Positions 27,921 to 42,300 of a stretch of 64,000 bases of DNA are shown here, one piece after another; positions within the stretch are counted from its first letter, which is position 1, and each line of letters begins with the position of its first letter. The position numbers and the translations under genes were made by a program. The stretch spans positions 248,001 through 312,000 of the forward strand of contig CBFFRP010000199.1 in NCBI GenBank assembly GCA_965644295.1. Direction: 5' to 3'. The DNA is from Paraphysomonas bandaiensis. Taxonomy: Eukaryota > Protista > Chrysophyceae. The notes beneath the pieces are model-generated. The model was given only the letters and a program-made list of their open reading frames with translations, was not told the origin of the DNA and did not search any database.

Positions 27921-30229
27921 TTATTTAATATCTACATCGTCGCTACAGGTTGTATATTCATTGTTACATGTGTTTATTAAATGACTATAGAAGTGTTTGA
28001 CATCAGGATGCGCTCTTATCTGACTCTTTTGAAGTGAATGGGATAAACTAAGTCCATCAAGTGTCCTTACTCTCGAGAGTGCCACTGCATACAATCATTT
28101 ACTATAACTAGTGTAAGCGCGGATATCATAACGTACCATATGCTTGTCCATATTCGAACACATTCCGTATATCCAGCACAGCTTTGTCGACAGACATACC
28201 CTGCGACTTATGCACGGATATCCCCCACGCTAAGTCGAGCGGAATTTGAGTTCTTTGAGCAACTACACGCCCACCAAGCATAACAGGAAATTTTTGACAC
28301 CCAATAGACTCCACCACACCATCACAAAATTTAATTACTGGGCGGTTTGCATTTCTGTTGCATGTATGAATATTAGTGATTGTGTTTTACTGTAGTTCTT
28401 CTCACCTTGAAAACTCAACAACAACACCTCTTGCTCCATTGACTAATCCGCCTTTAGAGTTGATAGTCTTGACTAACACAACTTGGGCACCCACTTTAAG
28501 CTTTATGGACTGCTTGGCTGGACAATGCTGATGTAGCATTTGGGTAAATACCTGTCTACCTTCATCAAACGCCCTGAATTCTCTCATATCACCTGTAGTA
28601 TAACACTGTTACCACACATGTCAAAGTTATTCCAATAATACCATTTAATTTGTGCAATTCACTCGTATTCAACTTATCCACGTCTCTCCTGTGAGTAAAT
28701 ATACGGGTTGGTAGTATTCCGTCATCACTATTAAGAGTTCGTCCGACACATACTTGGAACGACGACAGCAACGACTCTGTGTGCAATATTTATACGTGTT
28801 ACAAAATTCCATGTTTTTATACCAGTCACATTTCCCCATCTAACCATGTTCAGTAGTGACGAGAAGCTATTGTCAAGTTGACGATAAACCTTTTCTAGTA
28901 CAAAGCAATCGGCAAGGTCGAATAATGCACTCCAAACCTCAGACTGAAAGCAAAATCTTCCTGGTGTGTCACTTTTCCTACTCTGTGTAAGAGAGTCGTC
29001 TTGTTGTGACATTGTTGTGGCAACGCTATTCTCAACAGGTGGAAGCTGAAAAAAGTCTCCTGTAAATATTACCTGCAACCCACCCATGGGTGAAGAATTC
29101 CCACGATACTTCTGTGCCCTCAGGTTCAACAGCTGTAATAGGTTACACATCTGGATACAGGCATATATAAATTCACACCTCAATAAAGGCGGGGCTCATC
29201 ATAGAGATCTCATCAACTACTAAAACTTTAGCTTGTTTCCACCTCTTTGCTATGAACTGCATTTGGAAAGCCTGCTAATCCCAAATAAGTGATAATTTTG
29301 TTTCAAATTTGACGACCTGTTGAGAAGATGATGAGTCGGATGTGACAGTATCACCTGGTCGAATACCAGAAAACTGATGTACTGTCACACCTCCAATAGC
29401 ACATGCAGCCAAACCGGTAGTTGCTGTTACAAATACATGCTCTGCTCCGAGTTTACTTTCCAGACCACTCACTATACACTTCAACAGATAACTTTTTCCA
29501 GTGCCAGCACCTCCTGTGAAGAACACATTCTTGCCATCCATACAGCGATCATATATCTTTTGCTGAATATACGATAATTCTTCATTCTCAGTACGTTCTG
29601 TGGTAATAGAGTATTCAGAAATTCTCTGTGTCGAGATGATATCGTACTGGCTTTGTTGAGAATTTGCGGTCAACTTTTCTGGGCTACATAAGAGAGGTTT
29701 TGTTTTTTTCTTTTGTGGAGTAAATCCAGATTTAAGGGGTGATAATCTAAGCTCTTGACTAATTTTGCATGGTTTAACTGGCTCTGGAGCGCTTTCTATC
29801 TTCCTACATATTCTTGACAGAGTTCGATTACTATGCCTTTCGTTTTCTTTATTAGCGGATGAGGTATTGATTGGATTATCTGATGATTGCATTGATAATT
29901 CAAACAACTCATTTACATGTGCTCTGTCATCGAAGCGGACTGAAATGCGGGCCCTAAACTCTGGAATATTTAGCTGGACGAATTCATCTTCACGGTCGAC
30001 TGATAACCATTCATGGGAAATATTATGAGCGAATATAGTTCCACTTACCTTTTAATTGGGATGTTATATACATATCTTGTCTCTTCCCTATGTGAACGAT
30101 GACTTGAAATCCATCACTCATTCGTCGGATTGAGAGGCTGACTTGATTCGTGTGCTTCTTGTTTTGGATAAGGCGCCCCCGTTTGTCAAAGGAGGTGACT
30201 AACACCTCAGAGCAACCTGCTAACTCCAT
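27921..30229 (-). CDS. PIF1: ATP-dependent DNA helicase PIF1, multi-exon
   Basis: FFTGGAGTGKS, VTATTGLAAC, GGVTVHQFSG, DEISM, GGLQVIFTGDFFQLPPV, LKVGAQV..LVNGARG, QIPLDLAWGISVHKSQGMS, FEYGQAY|VALSRV. Confidence 0.95.
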
Positions 30230-30647
30230 ATACAATATTGTACCACCCTAATACTCAGAGTAAATGCCTAGTATGTAGGAACACAGGCAATGGTTTAAGG
30301 AATCTTATGGACGATGGAATGCATGGTTGGCTTTGTTGTTTCTCAACGGCTCACACTGAAATCCAGTACCAGCAGCAGATCCTACCCATCAAATGTATAT
30401 TACTGTATACTCTATAATACTGTTTTGTATATGTGGTGGCTTGTAGGTACTTCATCTCTCTCCATTCTTTTTGACTTCTATCTGAAGTCTGCAGTCTGCT
30501 GCCAGTCAAATAAGACTCCACGATATATGCATATATACATATCAACATATCAACACTATACTTCATATTAACGGGACAATACACACTCTCAGACATTCAT
30601 TACTGGTTATTTATATATCCAGATTGATATTGATTTAAATAGGTGTC

Positions 30648-33600
30648 ATGAGAAAAAAGAATGGAGGAAAGCCTTCGCTTAGGCGAGCTGCCCCACCCCC
30701 ACAGTCCGACTCGGACTCCGATAATGTAAAAGAACAGGATGAAGAGGTATCAAGTGATGAAGAAGTGTTTAATCTAGGTGGAGGAAATGAATCAAGTGAA
30801 AGTGAGGTGTGTATCTATATATTATCATATGCTTATTGGTGACTGACTGATTATATCTATGCAGAGTGATTCTGAACAGGTTTATCGAAATAAATCAGAT
30901 TAGTATAGACTTGATGATTGTTTTTGTACAGGCAGGTGATTCTAGTGAAGAGGAATCTGAGGTTGGTGAATATGTCATGTTTTATCTTCTTTTGTTAATT
31001 TTTAACAAATAGGTCTCTGCCGATGAGGAAGACAGTTCGGATGACGAAATGGTAACCCAATATGCAAGCGGAAGTGCAAACACAATGTAATTATTTACCC
31101 TCGCTTTGCAGGATGACTCTGAATCTGGTTATCCCACTGGTGGTGGTGATATCGAGCAGCTTGTAGAGAGCCTACCTCCTGAGCTCCGTCAACGCGTGGT
31201 AATGGGTAAGACAGAAGATGATGATGATGACGAAGACGAAAGCGACGATGAGGATGACAACGAGGAGGGATGGGGCAAAAAAGCGAATTACTGGTCGGGT
31301 GACACTGCAGACCTGGAAATCGGACAAGATCAACAGGATGCTGAGGATGAAGAGGAGGCAGCTTTGGTTAGTCATCCTGTATTCTCACCATCAACAGTAA
31401 CATTTCACTGCTGTAAAGGCCCTACGCAAGGAGCAGGTAGCCCGCCGACGGGAGAGTGACTATGAGGAGGACTTATACTATGAGGACGATGGTGTTGACA
31501 ACACTGAGCGACCCAAAAAGGCGGATGCTCTGACCGGAGCACTAGATCTGGTAGCCAACGGAGGCTCAGGGGTGAGTTAGTCACGACAGAGCGTGCGCTG
31601 TATATGTGTGCTGCAGATTATGATAGTCAGACTGACCTTCCATGTCTTTTTGGCCTTTTTATCTGCTATATTGAACATACAGTTAGCTCAGCTGGTAGTT
31701 ATGCGTGCGTAAAATACGACGCTTGCTCCGCTGTGCTTATACGCTGTAATGTGCTCTCATCCTACGTGGATGCCTTTTACGCTGTGCTACCCTCGCTTGG
31801 AGAGCCCAACACCTTATTTTTTCTAGTTACACACAATATTTGTGATCTTATTGTGTTTAATCAATTTTTGATCACTGCAGTCTGCCGACGTTACTGTGGA
31901 GAAGCTGAAACGCGATGTTGCGAAGCTTTCCAAGAAGCAACGTATGGAACTGGTGAGTGGATTAAAGTATGTATGTTTTACCTCATTTAGTTTAATGACA
32001 TAGCTGAAAGCTGAAGCTCCCGAAATGTTGGGACTTGTCGATGAACTGAACGATCGCGTTAAAGAGTTGCACGAGAGAATTAACCCTATCAAGGGTCTCA
32101 TTGATGAGGCAAATAAGTTAAAGCCCGTAGATGATGAGCTGGCGTTGTACCTAGAAGTGAAGCAGCAGTTACTGCTCTCCTACTGCACCAACACTGTTTT
32201 TTATCTCATGCTTAAGGTTAAAGTAGTTTAACTTGATCTCTTAATTGTTTAAATATTTTGCCTTGTTTTTTAGGCAGAGGGGCAAAGTGTTAGAAACCAT
32301 GGGGTGGTCAAGCAGCTTTTGCACTTACGGTATGTCAATCAATCCGTCTGGTCAACAACAATTCAGTAATTTTGTATTTGACACATGACAGCTATGCTAT
32401 GGAGAAAATGCGACCCCTAGATGGAAAAATGAAATACCAAATTGATAGGTATTCCTATTCTGACCGATACTCCTTACAATAACGAGTTTTCATCAGACTT
32501 GTGAGCGCTGCAAATAACGAAGAGTCACTGGATTCATCATCTCGTACTGGCGACCTCAGACCTAATGTTGATGCTCTCTTGAAGGCGTCAGGAGACGACG
32601 ATATGTCTGAGGACGAAATCCAAAAGGATTCATCCAGTGCGAAGACTGGAGTATATCGTGCACCAAAGAATCAAGCAGTCCCTTACCAGGTGTGAAAACA
32701 TACGAGCACTGTGCGTTCGCTGTTGTGACTGTATCTATTCTAGGACGATAGAGATGAAATGCAGAAAGAAGAAAAATTAAAGAAAAAGAAAAAGAAGCTG
32801 AGGAATTCTGAGATCCTGGACACTCTGCGCGAAGAGTTTGGTCATGCGCCAGAGGTATTCCCTGTTCATGCTCTAGTCAATGAGGTCTTACGATTTTTTC
32901 AGCAATCCTCGTCATCTGGTATAGCATCAGTGAGCCAAGTACAGAAACAACTCGAAGAAGAGGCTGAGGAGAGGCGCAAATTTGAAGAAGACCGTTTTGT
33001 CCGTCTGGTAGATGTCTTCTCAAATGTACTATGCAAGTATCATGATGTGTTGTTTCGTGTAGACTCTTTCGAGAAAGGAAAAGAAATCTATTAAACGAAG
33101 AGAAAAGCTGTCACAAAGCCACGATATGGTTGGTGATATTGGCGACGTTCGCGAGTTTGAAGAACTGGCAGATCTCGCTAGCGGAATCTCAAAGGACTCC
33201 CAACCGGATATGACTTCTCCTGGCAAGGGTTCTTCGTCGAATGGCCAAGAATTCATGTCTCGTGCCCTTGAAAAGGCTGTGAGTGCCTTCACGTCAAGTG
33301 GAGACAATGACAAGAATAAACGTAAGCGAAATGTCCATGACGACATGGAGATGTTTGAGAAAGCAGATCGTGACTCCTATAGCGGCCTCCGTAGTACAGA
33401 TGATTGGGGCGATGCCAGCGACGATGGCGAAGACAACGAGTTCGATGCTATGTTAGCTAATAGTTCACACAAGCGTCGGCGTGCGCCTGAACCTTCAGAG
33501 CAGAGCGACGACGATGACGACAATTTATTGGAGAATTTTTCCAAGAAGAAGAAAGAGTTCATACAGAAAAAGAAGGAGCACTATTCTGCTCCTGCTAGAA

Positions 33601-33860
33601 CTGGAGGAAGAGAAGAGGTTGTTGAAAGTGGAAGTAAGCGCGCAGCAACATATGAAATAATGGCCAACAGAGGCTTGACGCCACATCGTAAGAAATCGAA
33701 TCGTAATCCTCGTGTCAAGAAACGTGAGGCCTTTGCCAAGGCGGTTACTGCTAGAAAGGGACAAGTGCGCGATGTTGTTTCTGGATCAACTACTGCATAT
33801 GGTGGTGAATTGACTGGAATTAAAGCTAATCTGTCAAGGAGTAGAAAAATAGGAAACTAG
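30648..33860 (+). CDS. UTP3: U3 snoRNP / SSU processome protein UTP3 (SAS10), multi-exon
   Basis: Acidic N-terminus; YLEVKQQLLLSYCTNTVFYLMLK (Sas10/Utp3/C1D); C-terminal KRAATYEIMANRGLTPHRKKSNRNPRVKKR...YGGELTGIKANLSRSRK (Sas10 C-terminal domain). Confidence 0.93.
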
Positions 33861-35423
33861 CGTGTTGTCTTCACAGTATAAGACATGGAATTAGCACTTT
33901 ATCACATTATTAATAACGTGTACAAGAGTTACTAGATGTTGCGCTTAATTTGTTCATGCACTCTCAACTCTCCTGTAGTCTATGCATCCCCAATGCACGG
34001 GAATATAGTAATCCTAGCTTAGCTAGGATGCAATGTGTACCCAATGCTACTACGAATCACTAAATCATATAGTTGTTAGATCAAATAATATACGAAGCCT
34101 CTATTGAACGAAATGTTATGACGCACGTGTGTCTGACGACCATAGCAGTATTTAGTGAAAGTAGCATTGAAGTATGTCGTAGCTGTAGACAAAAGTAATG
34201 TCGCTAAGTAAGAGTGACTATATCCAAGACGGTGATAAAAGTTTAGTATAACTAGCGTACTCTATGCATGTGTAAAAAGATCTCGGAAAAGCGCCACTTT
34301 ATTGTGGGCTATTCCTCTTTAACATGTATCCAGAGAACGAGAAATTTTGGATAATAATCAGATTAGTGATCTACCCTTATATTCTTAAACGACTCACTCA
34401 CAATAGTGTGATCACATAAAAATAACCGTTCACAACACACTTGACAGGATATATATACGATGATGATTAATTATTCTACGTTTTATATGAAAACTACTGA
34501 ATGTACGGCTCAAACCACACAAATGCTATTACCACTGCATTATGTATATGTAGGAGACTTGAAATGAACAATATATGCAGCATATTTATCACATATCTGA
34601 ACTCAATGCCACGGACCATTTAATCGTTGTTCGCGGGCTGTTTTTTGCTATTAATAAATTCTTGGACACATGATGTGTAGCAATTTTTATATGACTTGAA
34701 AACAACAACAATTAGAGTATATATATATGACTATTCATTAATCCTTACCTCGAATAAATGGTCACATGAGATCATTGGCTGCTGTGTTTTAAACTGATTC
34801 ATTCTCTTCTTAACACACTTGTCATACTTACGCTTAATTCTATCGCACTTTGATGTATCCATTGAATATGTATATATTTTTAATTGATATCTAGAGCTAC
34901 TTTACTAAGATAAGTGTGTAGAGAGTTTAAGGTGAGTGGGATGGTGGAGCTGGAACCATATACAGTCGTGCTCTCTGTGGAGTCCACATATACAGTACCA
35001 ATGAGTGTACTGGTATACTGGTATATACGTATGTAGGTATACTGGGTGAAGGGTACGACTGCTGTATATGTGTGGGTATCACGTCTAGACGTATGGTATA
35101 TACTGTGTAAGTGTACGGTACTACGTGGTGTTATGTACTGCTGTATTTGTGTGTACATATATGTACTGCTGTAACTGTGTGTGTATATGTACATCTCTGA
35201 ACAGAATGCTGTTGTGTGTTATGTACCGCTCTGTGTATGTATATGTACTGCTCTAGTTGTGTGTATATTCCTATCCATGTACGTACATGTTCAGCAGTGT
35301 GTAGTGCTGTGTATGTATGTATCGGACAGCACACACATATATCTATCTATATATCTATATACATACATCATATTCACTACTCACACGCTCATATCACTCT
35401 ATAATATTTGAATCCTTTCAACA

Positions 35424-38400
35424 ATGTTCAAAAATCTTACAGCTGCTGCTAGTGCAGCTACTGCTAAAGCCGCTGTACTCTCCGAACAAGCAGCTAAGAG
35501 TGCAGCAGCATATATTCCCGCAGGAGAAGAATGTCAGTCATGTGGTAAATCTATATCACAAACACGTGTTATTACTGGTATTGGTGCACTTACACCATGT
35601 ATTCGATGTGGTATACGAGTCTGTAGTTCATGTTCTGTAAAGAGCGCAGAGAAGTTACCGGATTCTATGAGACAGTCAGATGTTAAGGTACCATCTGATG
35701 GGATGGGACGGCTATGTTTAAGAAAATGTCATCCGGAGTGTGTTGTAATGTGGATGGCTCAACTTATAGAGAAACATGATAATGCATCTCGTGAATCTCT
35801 TCATGCATTTTTGACTACCGGAAAAGTTTCGCCATACATGAAACCTGTTGTAAAGGACACGAAAGCTAGAAAAGCCGGAAGAATATTTCATATTGCGGGT
35901 ATTGTTAGACAAGGCTATAAGATTTAGAAAGTATAATATATATGTGATGACAGGTTACGCCGCTGATGCTGTTGGTGTATCAGCGTATTATAAAGCTATT
36001 AAGCTTGCTGCAATGGGTACGGGGGTATTGGGTGTGCTACTCCAGGGGGATGTAGCGAAACTCCTGTATCCGCTGATGGAATGCCTGAAGGAATTCGGAG
36101 TTGAGGGACCAAATGGTGTTCTTAGGTTATACTATCTTGGTTGTAGTTACGAACTACAGCGCAAGGTACTGCGCTTTCTGGCTGGAACAATATCTTACTT
36201 GTCTGTATAGCTGAATCACAACCTTGAGAGCCACGGCCACTCATCTGGAAACACCGGTCAGTGTACCTACCCTCATCTTCATATTTCATGTTGAGTTTAG
36301 GTGTTCTGGTAGAGGAGTGTCCGCAAGAAACCCTAGACTATGTTGGTACATACAGTGGTCCTGCACAGTGGTTGTACTCTGGTGAGTCCTTACTGTCATA
36401 TTATTTCGTCTTGTCATACTCATTTTTCTGTCATGCAGCCCGACTTCCTGAACCCCACTCAGGGGACGAATGGACGAGGTTGGCTGATACTGGGCCTCTG
36501 TGCTGATGATCATTTTGTTTCAGGTGGTACTTGCATCGAATCGCAGAGAGCCAAGGGTGGTCTGTACTCTATGCTGTTACTGAATCCTCCACACTCTATG
36601 ACGGCACAAGTTGTCCTGCGTTTGCTTTGGTCGGAAGATGTTCTGAGGGACGTAAAGAGGTCTTACATTGCCTCTTGTAAATTTTGACTAAGGTAGTAGC
36701 GCACAGGCAATGCTGGTAATACGAGGAACACAGACTTCAGTGGACTGGACCATCAACTTAGCAGAGACGATGTACAAGTTCTCCTATAGGGGGTGAGACG
36801 CTATACCGTGAGTGTATACATCCCAACCATTTGTGTCTTGCAAATAGGGGCAGTCGGGGAGAGAATGTCACGCATGGCAATGTTCATACAGGGATGATGT
36901 TGGGGGCCCTAGCCATTTTGGACGTATTCTGCATGCGACATAGGATTCACACTCTGCTAGATGATGGCTTTGACGTCAAGGTATTGAGGAGAAGGAAGAT
37001 TCACTTGACGGATATAACATGTTGTCAATAAGGTTGTTGGCCACTCATTGGGAGCGGGAACTGCAGCCCTTTTGACAGCTGAACTAAAAAATGGCCTCTA
37101 CAGGAGGGCTGTAGGCGGCGACGTTGATGCCGGACCCGCAGCAGGCTCACTTCCAAGGGTAACTGCCATCGGATTTGGGACCCCCCCCGTTGCAGATGAG
37201 GTGTGTGGTCATAGTTTTGGGGATGATTTTTTCTTACATGTTGTCGAATGTGAAGAGTCTAGCGGACGCGTTCTCTGTTGATGACCTGGTCATTTCAGTC
37301 ATTCACAGGCAAGTATCAGGCCATGTTACTGATGCTTTTTGAATTATTTATTGCAGGGATGATGTTGTACCTCGACTGAGCCGTTACAACATCGAGAAGT
37401 TAGCAAAAGAAGTATAAATCGGATTTTGTGTTATGTTATAAATGCGTTGGCAGGTGAATACTATCACTCCTACAGCAGAACGCTGGAAAGCAGAGGACCA
37501 GGCAGGGTTCACAAAGTGAGCATTTTGTTTGAGCGGCTATCACAGTCATATACAAAATATATATAATTTATACTATTTTTTGTTTTAGGTACGCTCAGAC
37601 ATATGGACAGGCTGGGGATATGGCTGCCGCTGAGTTGTCGAACTCTCCTAATGACTCAGATACCGTACCCGTTGAATTGGACAACCCAGATGACTACGAT
37701 CAGGTATATATATATATATACGAAGTGTACATTATGGCGTGGACTAATTGCGAGCTAGGCAGAGAAGATGGCCGCGGTCACTGTGGAACAAAACGATAAT
37801 GTAGTGGAACAGACCCAGGTGCTGCTGATTCCAGGAAAGATTGTACACTTGCATCTGTCACACGGTATGGGTCACACTGGCCTCTGTTGTTTGTCATCAA
37901 TTACGAATATTCGACAGCCCGATATAAGGCAACTCTCTGCGACCATCGACTCGCCGCCCTTCGCTCAATTGCTCCACTCAGCCATGGCGTAGATGACCAC
38001 AAGATGTCTAATCACATTGCAGCCTTGCGGTCTATTAAAATGAAGACCTCGCCGGTTTTGCGGGAAGCCCCGCAGTGGCAAGTAAGTCCATAGAATCCAC
38101 TGTATGTCTTCTGACGATGCAGTGTACAGAATATCTATGATTCAGATACAAACAGATGGGCCAAATGCTACGTGTGCGATAGCGATCCCACGTGGGCTTT
38201 CATAACGAAAAGCGACGCAACGCGGGCTTTGGTTTACCACAACTGCAGGTAATATTGTTAGTGCTATGATGTTTTCATGATATTGTAAGGCGTATTCGTT
38301 CTAATTTAAATTATTGCAAAGGTCATGCGGAAAAGTTGTGTGCTCCATATGTGCACCTAATGGTGACATAGTTCCTGGCGATGGTAAGAGCATGTGGATG

Positions 38401-38588
38401 CGTAGTTTATCTTTTCATATCTGTACAGGAGTTGGGACATACAACACCCTTGCGGATAACTCTCTTGCTCTTCCCTCAATAGGTATTTGTTGACTAGTAT
38501 GTAAAGCGCATGTGATTATTATCATGTAGGGCTCGTTACTCCCCAGCGAGTGTGCATACCGTGTTACCTACACTCATACAATATGTAG
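35424..38588 (+). CDS. Class 3 lipase with N- and C-terminal FYVE-like zinc fingers, multi-exon
   Basis: IRGT..DW, VHTGM, GHSLGAG (nucleophile elbow), FGTPP, DVVPRL, DHKM; Cys clusters CQSC..CIRCG..VCSSC and CYVC..HNCR|SCGKVVCSIC..RVCIPC. Confidence 0.88.
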
Positions 38589-39363
38589 TGACCGTTTACA
38601 AGGTCACGAGTAGGGGCTGCCAGTATGACTGTCCTTGTTGTACTTGTACACAGAGGGGTCAGTTTCCTGGAAATAACATACCTGACTGGTAGTGGACTCT
38701 CTCAGTTTCTACGGTATTGCAGTTATCTAGAGATCGATATGGTGTAAGTTTATTTTTAGGAGTGTAATGGTTAATAGTACCCACCTTGTTGCAAGTAGTA
38801 ATGTATTGCTTAGTTATTGTATGCTCTGGGAATTGAAATGTATGCTGATTAAACTTCAACGATAGTTTGGCAAGTTTGAATTTTAAACAGCTACACAGCT
38901 TCAATATTAGCCATTGAGATATGATGTTATTGTCACTTAAGACAAAATGAGTTGTTTCACGAATACAGCTTAGGTTTTAATTGTTTATATTTAGTTATAA
39001 AGACATGAGACAGCTGTTGAAAGAACAACTGCGCCCAAGAAAAAGTTTCCCACCTTTTCGGCCATTTTTCGTAATCTATCCTGTTGAGGTTGTCCTGCTG
39101 GCCAGTTTATACCTGGAGATTAGATTAAGAACTAATAGTGGCATTGAACGGATTTATATTGCTAAAAGAACTATTATTTGTGAAACTACACTAGAAAGTG
39201 GAAAGAGAATGCGAATACTTACCACAATAATATTAAGCTGTTTCAGCACGAAAACACCACAAAGCTTGCGTGGGTACAAGACGAGATAAAATGATGACGT
39301 AAGTTTGTTGGCGCACATTTATATACTCTATATTCACACAATTCATATACTGGCACTATTCTT

Positions 39364-42300
39364 CTAAGTATATGACAGTATATAATCTTTGAAAGTTTGC
39401 CGAAAGCCGACCACTTCCTCAGTGGCATTACCAGACTCTATTTTCACCTGGCGGACTGTGTTTTTCGCTCTTTGTGGTCGGCCATCCCACAAATGATGCA
39501 TAGCTACATTGACATGACTACAACGCATATCTCGTGCACCCCACTTACCTTGTAAAAAGTACTGGCCCTCTGGACCAGAAAATATCAAGCTATAAAATTG
39601 CTGATATGCACCCACTAAACTGTACAGTAGTCATTGCAATAGATACAAAAAGTCTACACACTTACGAATTATATAAATTTAAACTGATCCTGTTATTGAG
39701 ATGAAAAAGCGCCACAGGATGGTACAAATTATCAAACTCAGTGGACCCATTCAAGAAGATACGACTGATAGAAACAAGTATAAGGAAAACGCATGAAACA
39801 TACAATAAAACCTACTTTAGGGAAAGATGCGTCTCTTTGTACCCACAGTGAAACATTGTATTGCCGACGTCGATAGATAGACGCTGTGGGTGGCGAAGCA
39901 TATACCTTACAAACACTTGTTGGTCATCACGTATGACCAACATATCTTCGTACACATCCTCGAGAAAAAGTTTAACCTAATTTAAATATAAACAATACTC
40001 AGCGAAAAAAACATCGCAATCAAAACCTCTTTGGCTCGTCCTATAATGCATCCACTATTCAAAAAGCGCGCTGTGCCGGTTCCGAGCGTGCTATCCTTCA
40101 TTCCGAAACCATCTCCCCTATAGTAGTGCCACGGGCCTGTTGCAAAGTAGCATGATAAAGCATCTCATCGTCGCACACCTTACCTCCTGGCTCCGGATAA
40201 ATACCATACTCTGCGCACGCAACGATTGGGGTTGGGGCATTTTCAAAGGCCTGTGATGACACATTCAGATGCGCTATTCAGAAGAGTATTAGCTCATCAC
40301 CTTTCCTATTCGACGAATCGCAGGTGTCAGCACTACGTCATACGCGTCTATCATCATCAAAATATCATTATCTCTAATGCTGCTGTCTCCTAAGATGTGG
40401 TCTCTGTACCACACTATCTTCTGAGTGTAGTCCTTGTAAACTCTACCGAGTCCGATAACCTATATCGTAGATGAATGGCCAAAATACACACTACCTTCTA
40501 TAGCATACATTAATTTCCACACCAGACATATACGCCGTGAACTTGAGATTTTCTAACTCAGGTGTGCTCTCCGAAGCCACTGAATATATGTGCACCACGT
40601 GCTTTCCTTCTGCATCTCTATTGAGTCGAGACCGAGCGCTCAGCCAGTTAGAACGCTCACTAGAAACCAGCTTATACGGCGGCGATGAAACACCTCTTGC
40701 AAACCATTCGGCCGACTCGCGGACATAACCTAGCGTATTTATACATTAAACAATATTTGAACTAAATCTTCTTACCTAAGTCGAAATATATAGCATCAAT
40801 ATACGACGCGAGGGCAAGCATGATACTCTCTCGTAATTGCGTTCGTTCTTCGCTATCAAAACCAAAGTAGACACCCTGCAGACGTCTAACCAGCTCCAAT
40901 TTTTCCTGAACTGATACTTGAGAGCTGTGATACTTAAGCTTTCTTGCCATCTATTGAAAAATCAAAACTTTTACTCAAAACAAAATTACGATGACCTCGA
41001 ATATTAATGACGAGGCTCTCTCAGCAATTCTCTCCGAAGACAACAGAATCAGATGCAGCAGAAGATCCACACCGTCGTAAAGTCTATTCGCAGAAGCCAG
41101 TCTAAAAACTTCATCGATGACGGTCTAGATTAAATAGCACACGGTAAACATTTAATACTTCAAAACAACAGTACGGCACCTCCACGATCACTTCGTCGTT
41201 TGTATCAAAATCAGACCATTGTACTACTTCATCCGAGAAATGAATCTCATCGTAAGGTACTGATTGATGAATTGTATCCTCGTTGAAATTGAAGAAGCGC
41301 TTTATCTTGTCGATGCGTACCAACTCATGATGAGCACACATATATGCCTTTAAAGCAACTTCCACACCCTGACTTGAGTACGCAGAAATAGGATCCTCCC
41401 ATACAGCCCTAATCATGCGACGAACTTCCCCATGACTTCCTACAAAAGCCCTTGGGTTCGCCGGGCAAACTGCATACGGTGAAAACGTCGGACCACCGAC
41501 TGCGTCATCCATTGCCACCACAATAGGTGCAGTAAGTCTGAAGAAGGAGGATTCTCCTATCGCAATCTGTGGTATAACCCCATTGTCGCCATCATCAGGA
41601 AATGGAGTAGCAAGTAAAGAATCAAGGCCGATTAACACCATTACCAGATCTAGAGAGACAGACATATGGTCAATCCACTGTTCAGTTTCTAGAAGCGATT
41701 CCCGGATGTCTCCGTCCTCGACTGGAAGTACAACGAAGTGGCACCCGAGGTTGCAGTGCGGACACCGTTCTCGCCACTTTTGTAGCACTCTTGTAGCTGC
41801 ATTGACATCATCATCTCCAACAAAGACTAACACGGAGACATGAACGATCGATACTGGCAATGAGGGCACAGTGGTTGGTTCTGACCGACTGCGCATGTGG
41901 CTCTCCGCAACACTCCTACTGTCCAACAAAGAAGGGTGGCGCCACAAACGTAACACATCAGACAAAGACAAAATCGAGTCCCGGGTTCTAGCTATCGCGT
42001 TTGGCAATCTTATTGACGACAGAAACTCCAATAGTTCCGCTAGGTCCTTACGAGCTGATTCAGTTGTACATATATACTTTATGCTGCCTGGCGAACAAAC
42101 AACGCCAAGAGGAGATACGACTTCGTCCTCAAGAATATTTAAAAGGGTTAATATGTTACCAACTAACTCCCTCATTTCTACTCCCTCTCCAAACCAGTCC
42201 ATCCAACTAAATAAACACTTTTCAAAATAGCGGCTCCAAGAGAGGTGGTTGTCGGCGCGAGCTAAAGATGTAAGCATTTCATTCAGTACACCGTGATCAG

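Noticed and set aside
34880-35411. Tyr/Thr/Cys/Val-rich ORFs on both strands
   Set aside because: Translation artefacts of the low-complexity RY-rich upstream tract.
39918-39942. Perfect 10-bp inverted repeat TGTTGGTCAT/ATGACCAACA
   Set aside because: Lies inside a GT exon encoding MLVIRDDQQ; isolated and plausibly chance.
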